Below, piece after piece: positions 62,190 to 64,000 of a stretch of DNA of 64,000 bases. Position 1 is the stretch's first letter. Each line of letters opens with the position of its first letter. The DNA is from Eledone cirrhosa (taxonomy: Eukaryota), in contig OZ024743.1 in NCBI GenBank assembly GCA_964016885.1, forward strand, positions 46,500,001 through 46,564,000, read 5' to 3'. A program made the position numbers and the translations under genes. The notes under the pieces were generated by a model. That model saw only the letters and a program-made list of their open reading frames with translations, was not told the DNA's origin and made no database searches.

Positions 62190-64000
62190 AGCACTCTCAT
62201 TGTACTAACCTTACTCAGGCTAAATTGTCCACTCTGCTGATAAAGGTGGTGCCATGGTGGTGCAGTGCGCAGACCTCTACAGAACTGAAGCACCTCCACC
62301 AGCTTCACAATACCCATTTTTACTGGCCTCTACCCTCTGACCCCACATCAGACTACCAACAGCTCATGTCCTCCACTATTCTCCAACTTATCTCTTCCTC
62401 TCTCCCACCCCCAACTGCTACTAATCTTATAGTATGCACCCCTCGTACACCCACCATCTACTTCCTCAAGATACATAAAGATGATAATCTGGGCCGCCCT
62501 ATCGTTTCATCCCTTTCGACTGTTTAACTCCTTCTCTTCTGGCCCCTCTCGCCTTCTCTTTACCATGCACATTAACTCTCTACACCATCATCCTTCATGA
62601 TAACTGTTTCCGTGCTCTCCGATATTTGTTAGACTTACGCCCTACCCCCTACCCGAGTATTTCTACTTTTCTCCGCCTTGTTGAACTTGTTCTCACTCTT
62701 AATAGTTTTTCCTTTTCTCTGAGGTAGCCGTGGGTACAAGAATGGGGCCTAACTACGCCTACTAGTTTCTTGGCTATGTTGAGGCCTTGATCTTCTGCCA
62801 GTTCACTGGTCTGACCCCTAGGATATACAGTCATTACATCGATGATTGTATTGGCGCCACCTGTCTCTCTCCCGTGAACAGCTCGACTCCTTTCTTTCCA
62901 TCCTACCCTCACCTTCACCACCACTGTCTACAACTCTTCAGTCCAATTTCTTGATATCTCTCTGTCTGTTGATCACACTCACCACACACTCTCTACCTTC
63001 GTTTTCTATAAATCCACTAATTCCCACCCCTAACTGGACTTCACCTCCTCCCATCCAACCAACACGAAACTCTCCATACCCAACTCCGAATTTCTCCGTC
63101 TTCATTGGCTCTGTAGCCAGGACTACGATTTCAAGACCCAGTCTCAACACAACGCCCCCCCCCCCCTTCATCCAACATGGATATCCCCCCACCCTGATCA
63201 AAGCTGTCCACACCCATGAAACCAACCGTATCACAGCCCTTTCACCCCACCACCCTAACTCTCCGGTGACATATCGTCCTTTCTTTCCGCACCCTCTCTT
63301 CTGATCCCCATCACTGTCCAAACCCACCCATCACCACCTTTAAGCACACCCATAACTTCTGCAATTTCTTGGTATGTAGTTCCTTCCCTTTCCTCTCCCA
63401 TGACTCCACCCATATCTCACCCGTTCTCATCCCCGCTGTAACACCTGTTCCTTCATTTTTAATATCACCACTCTCACAGGCACTAACAATTCATTCCCTA
63501 TCCCCACCTCACCTGCACATCCATTCACATAGTCTATCCTCTCCGGAGTTCCCTTTGCACCTCCTTATACATCGGACAAACAGGCTGCCGTTTGGCAAAT
63601 CGTTTCACTGAACACTTCAGGGACATATGACTCGACAAGGATACCCCTGTTGCTCAACATTTCCAATCCCCAAGCCATTCTTCCGTACATGTATCAGTCC
63701 TTGGTGTCCTTTTACACCCTGGATCACTGGCCTCATATACCATGACTAAGCAGAGTCTGATTTTCCATCATGTATCCAGTTTCCCAATGGACCCAACTTC
63801 CCTCCACAATTTCTTTAATCTTACACACATACACTTGTGCTTACTTCTCTAACTCTAGACCCTGTCACCCTTACCCCGTCTGTTATTACACACGCACGTG
63901 TATATTCATCCCCTAGATTACTATGGCTCTGTTATGGTTAGAAACACACACCTCTACATTTACCTTGACAACTCTGTACAGAGCAACAACACACACACAC
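62190..64000 (+). mobile_element. Penelope-like retroelement, decayed (RT + GIY-YIG)
   Basis: ADKGGAMVV, YFLKIHKDDNLGRPIVS, VAVGTRMGPNYA, YIDD, NFLDI, HGYP, CNTC, LYIGQTG...RFTEH, VAQHF, PNG.N in order, across frameshifts. Confidence 0.88.

Overview
AT-rich, repeat-dense eukaryotic genomic DNA. The SINE/RTE repertoire and (TA)n richness look like an octopus-type coleoid cephalopod (inference, not proven). One complete protein-coding gene is well supported: CCT5 (TCP-1 epsilon), + strand, 10 coding exons from 7788 to 27011, all GT-AG, 1623 nt = 540 aa + stop. The rest is mostly mobile DNA: at least four RTE-clade LINE families (two with a PHD-type zinc finger behind the RT core), tRNA-derived SINEs, Penelope-like relics, an internally deleted piggyBac plus TTAA MITEs, hAT, pogo and mariner relics, and two non-autonomous Helitron-like copies flanking CCT5 in opposite orientation. 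A ~3 kb compound (TA)n-CTGGGTTTGR satellite precedes a 200-N gap. The most striking observation is a set of short fold-back elements sitting inside (TA)n tracts. One (53612-53810) carries a complete type I hammerhead ribozyme core whose stem III, cleavage site and 3' strand of stem I are exactly complemented by a 31-nt upstream antisense arm. Other leads are a covarying pseudoknot shared by a LINE 3'UTR and a SINE, a possible in-frame CCT5-piggyBac exon trap, and scattered exon candidates of unannotated transcripts at 39-59 kb.
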